From Takakia lepidozioides (taxonomy: Eukaryota; Plantae; Bryophyta): a stretch of DNA of 64,000 nucleotides. The translations under genes and the position numbers were made by a program. Shown here one piece after another: positions 61,376-64,000 of the stretch (the first letter of the stretch is position 1; each line of letters opens with the position of its first letter). Below the pieces are notes generated by a model. That model worked only from the letters and a program-made list of their open reading frames with translations, did no database searches and had not been told where the DNA came from. Location of the stretch: the NCBI GenBank assembly GCA_030704615.1, contig CM060733.1, positions 48,112,001 to 48,176,000 of the forward strand. Direction: 5' to 3'.

Positions 61376-61992
61376 TCTGCCATCCCCTTCCCAACACTGG
61401 GCTGCTTGCTCTGCACTGCCCTACTTACATACCACAAAATGCACTGTACCACCACCAAAACATGCAGCAAATATTGCACCAAGGCTGTGAATAACAGGAC
61501 CCACTTAAACATTTTGACGTAGTCTTTTTTTAAATGTTATAAAGAAGGATCGAAGAAGGAAGAAGGATGGAGGGTCTCCTGTTCTATAAATCAGGGGTGT
61601 GATGCAGGGAGTCCTGGGGTCATCTTGTGTGTCCAACTGTGAGCACCCTGTGAGGGCAGGCCGCGGGAATATCTGTGCTTGAGACAAACTTTCGCAATTG
61701 GGTTGCTGGCAAGCTGGTTTGGATTGGAGGGACCGTGAGCGTTCTTGGAGGGCTAAATGGGCAACGGCGCTTGTTTAGAGTCAGTCAGCGAGCTCTTACA
61801 CAATATAGTAGCAGATCAATAGGTTTAAAGTTTAAACTCCACGATGAGAGGGCTGTCCATCTCGTCGCCAATACGAACTGGCCCACTCCAATCCTTCCCG
61901 AGGGAATCAGAAGCTGGAAGTTCTTATGTTCTTGCATGTCTTGCAAATATTTGGGTTCGTCTGGATAGTTTGTAACGGAGAGTCTTTAAGTC

Positions 61993-64000
61993 ATGCTGGA
62001 GTTCAGGGTTGACTCAGGTGCGGTGTTTCATGGACAGAACAGGGGTAGCACCTCCACCATCACTACTGCTTTTGAAAGAAGACCAAGAGAGCTAGTCAAT
62101 AGGAACCCTTCGAGCGCCTGTGAGGATGTGAGGGCACTGTGTAAGGAAGGACGACTGAAAAAGGCGCTGCAAATTTTGAACCAACGAGGCGATTGGGCAC
62201 ACTCTAGTTATGGTTTTGTCTTGCAGGAGTGCATCAACAAGAGAGACCTAGCAGAGGGTAGACAGGTTCATGCCCAGATTATTCAAAGTGGATTTCAGCC
62301 AAACATCTTTCTACTCAACAATCTTGTTACCATGTATGCCAAATGTGGGAGCTTGAAGGATGCACGTCAAGTGTTTGACAAAATGCCTGATCGCAATGTG
62401 GTCTCATGGAGTGCAATGATCGCAGGATATGCAAAGTATGGCAGTCCTAGGGAGGCTTTTGGCCTCTATGAGCAAATGAAACACCAAGGGCTCACCCCAA
62501 ACAAGGTGACATTCATCTGCGTTCTTGGGGCGTGTGGGAGCCTCCAAGCTCTTGAAAAGGGCACAGAGGTACATGCTGACATCATCAAAGCTGGAATTGG
62601 GTCAGATACCATTCTGGAGACAGCCCTTGCTGTCATGTATGCTAAATGTAGAAGCGTTAAGGAAGCGCGCAAAGTGTTTGACAATATGACTCAACAAGAT
62701 GTGGTCTCTTGGAACGCCATGATCACGGGATATGCTCAGCATGGGTATGGTAGGGAGGCTCTGGAGATCTATGAGCAAATGATAGTGGAAGAGGTGATAC
62801 CCAACAAGGTCACATTCATCTGTGTCCTGAATGCTTGTGCCACCCTAGGAGCCGTGGACAAGGGCAAAGAGGTCCATGCCGACATTGAGAAAACTGGAAT
62901 TGCACCAGGGATGAAGTTGGAAAATTCTCTTGTCGACATGTATGCCAAATGCGGGAGCATGGAGGATGCACGTCAAGTGTTTGACAATATGACTAAAAAA
63001 GATGTGGTGGCATGGAACACCATGATTGCAGGATATGCTCAGCATGGTTGTGGCAGGGAGGCTCTTCAGATCTATGAGCAAATGATGGGGGAAAGGGTGA
63101 TGCCAGACAATGTCACGTTCAATTGTGTTCTCAATGCCTGTGCAAGCCTGGGTGCCCTGGAAACAGGTAAAGAGCTCCATGCTGCCATCAGCGAAACTGG
63201 AGTTGCAACAGATATCATTCTGGAGACTGCCCTTATTGACATGTATGCCAAATGTGGGAGCATGAAGAATGCGTCTCAAGTGTTTTGTAATATGGCTGAA
63301 CGGGATGTGATCTCATGGAGTGCAATGATCGCAGGCTGTGCCCAGCATGGCTATGCTAGGGAGGCTGTGCGACTATTTGAGGAGATGCAACAGGAAGGCT
63401 TGAAGCCGAACAGTATCACCTTTGTATCTCTTCTGATAGCATGTAGCCATGGGGGCCTTGTGGATGAAGGCCATCACTACTTTGATTCCATGAGTGAAGC
63501 TCATGGCCTCACGCCTACAGTCGAGCATTTTGGCTGCATGGTAGACCTTTTTGGCCGTGCAGGGCAATTGGATGAGGCAGAGGACCTCATCACTAAAATG
63601 CCAATCCAACCAGATGTTGGGGTGTGGAGGGCCTTGCTTGGTGCCTGCAGAGTTCATGGCTATGTGGAGGTAGCAGAACGTGCAGCAAAAAGCATTCTCA
63701 AGATAGATCCACAAAACTCTGCAGCTTATGTGCTTCTATCGAACATCTATGCTGCGGCTGGCAGGTTGGATGATAAAGCAAATGTGAGGAGAATGATGGA
63801 GGAGAGAGGTGTAAGAAAAGAGCCAGGGCGCAGCTGGATTGAGGTCAACAACCAAGTGCATACATTTGTTGTAGAAGACCAAATGCATCCACAAATTGAG
63901 GAAATCTATGCCAAGCTGCAGAGATTGTCTGGGCAGATGAAGGCATTGGGGTATGTACCCGACACTCGCTTTGTATTGCATGATGTGGAGGAGGAGCAGA
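61993..64000 (+). CDS. Second PLS-E-DYW PPR protein, running off the window end
   Basis: Open frame from ATG 61993 (MLEFRVDSG...EDVRALCKEGRLKKAL) with four MYAKC triplets, E domain, KEPGRSWIEV and GYVPDTRFVLHDVEEEQ. Absent from the ORF track because its stop lies outside the window. Confidence 0.93.
   Translation, partial: MLEFRVDSGAVFHGQNRGSTSTITTAFERRPRELVNRNPSSACEDVRALCKEGRLKKALQILNQRGDWAHSSYGFVLQECINKRDLAEGRQVHAQIIQSGFQPNIFLLNNLVTMYAKCGSLKDARQVFDKMPDRNVVSWSAMIAGYAKYGSPREAFGLYEQMKHQGLTPNKVTFICVLGACGSLQALEKGTEVHADIIKAGIGSDTILETALAVMYAKCRSVKEARKVFDNMTQQDVVSWNAMITGYAQHGYGREALEIYEQMIVEEVIPNKVTFICVLNACATLGAVDKGKEVHADIEKTGIAPGMKLENSLVDMYAKCGSMEDARQVFDNMTKKDVVAWNTMIAGYAQHGCGREALQIYEQMMGERVMPDNVTFNCVLNACASLGALETGKELHAAISETGVATDIILETALIDMYAKCGSMKNASQVFCNMAERDVISWSAMIAGCAQHGYAREAVRLFEEMQQEGLKPNSITFVSLLIACSHGGLVDEGHHYFDSMSEAHGLTPTVEHFGCMVDLFGRAGQLDEAEDLITKMPIQPDVGVWRALLGACRVHGYVEVAERAAKSILKIDPQNSAAYVLLSNIYAAAGRLDDKANVRRMMEERGVRKEPGRSWIEVNNQVHTFVVEDQMHPQIEEIYAKLQRLSGQMKALGYVPDTRFVLHDVEEEQ

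Overview
Land-plant nuclear DNA: spliced genes, DYW-type PPR editing factors and a DUO1 orthologue point to an embryophyte, probably a non-seed plant. Host genes are the 3' exons of a VMP1/KMS1 homologue, DUO1 (R2R3-MYB, minus strand), two divergently oriented PLS-E-DYW PPR paralogues, and a BOU-like mitochondrial carrier between them. Most of the rest is nested transposons. An old L1-type LINE (4.7-21.3 kb, minus) hosts three insertions, each with an intact target-site duplication (TSD): a hAT MITE (8 bp), a MULE-like element (9 bp) and an 11-kb Ty3/Gypsy-like element (4 bp). The Gypsy-like element (9747-20712) is the standout. Its gag-pol carries a complete DNMT3-type C5 cytosine methyltransferase between protease and RT, and a PHD finger after the DDE integrase. 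Instead of two LTRs it has split direct repeats (B-internal-A-GC-B-A), which fit a 2-LTR circle opened at a palindrome (GACA^GC^TGTC) inside the LTR. It has no tRNA PBS but has a self-complementary, Tf1-like priming candidate. A second MULE-like element (35.3-39.6 kb), inserted in a hAT transposase, carries a spliced fragment of a beta-class N4/N6 DNA methyltransferase and a SWIM finger. Also present are Copia and LINE relics and a mosaic of captured gene fragments at 21.3-23.1 kb. All calls come from reading the sequence by eye; no searches were run.
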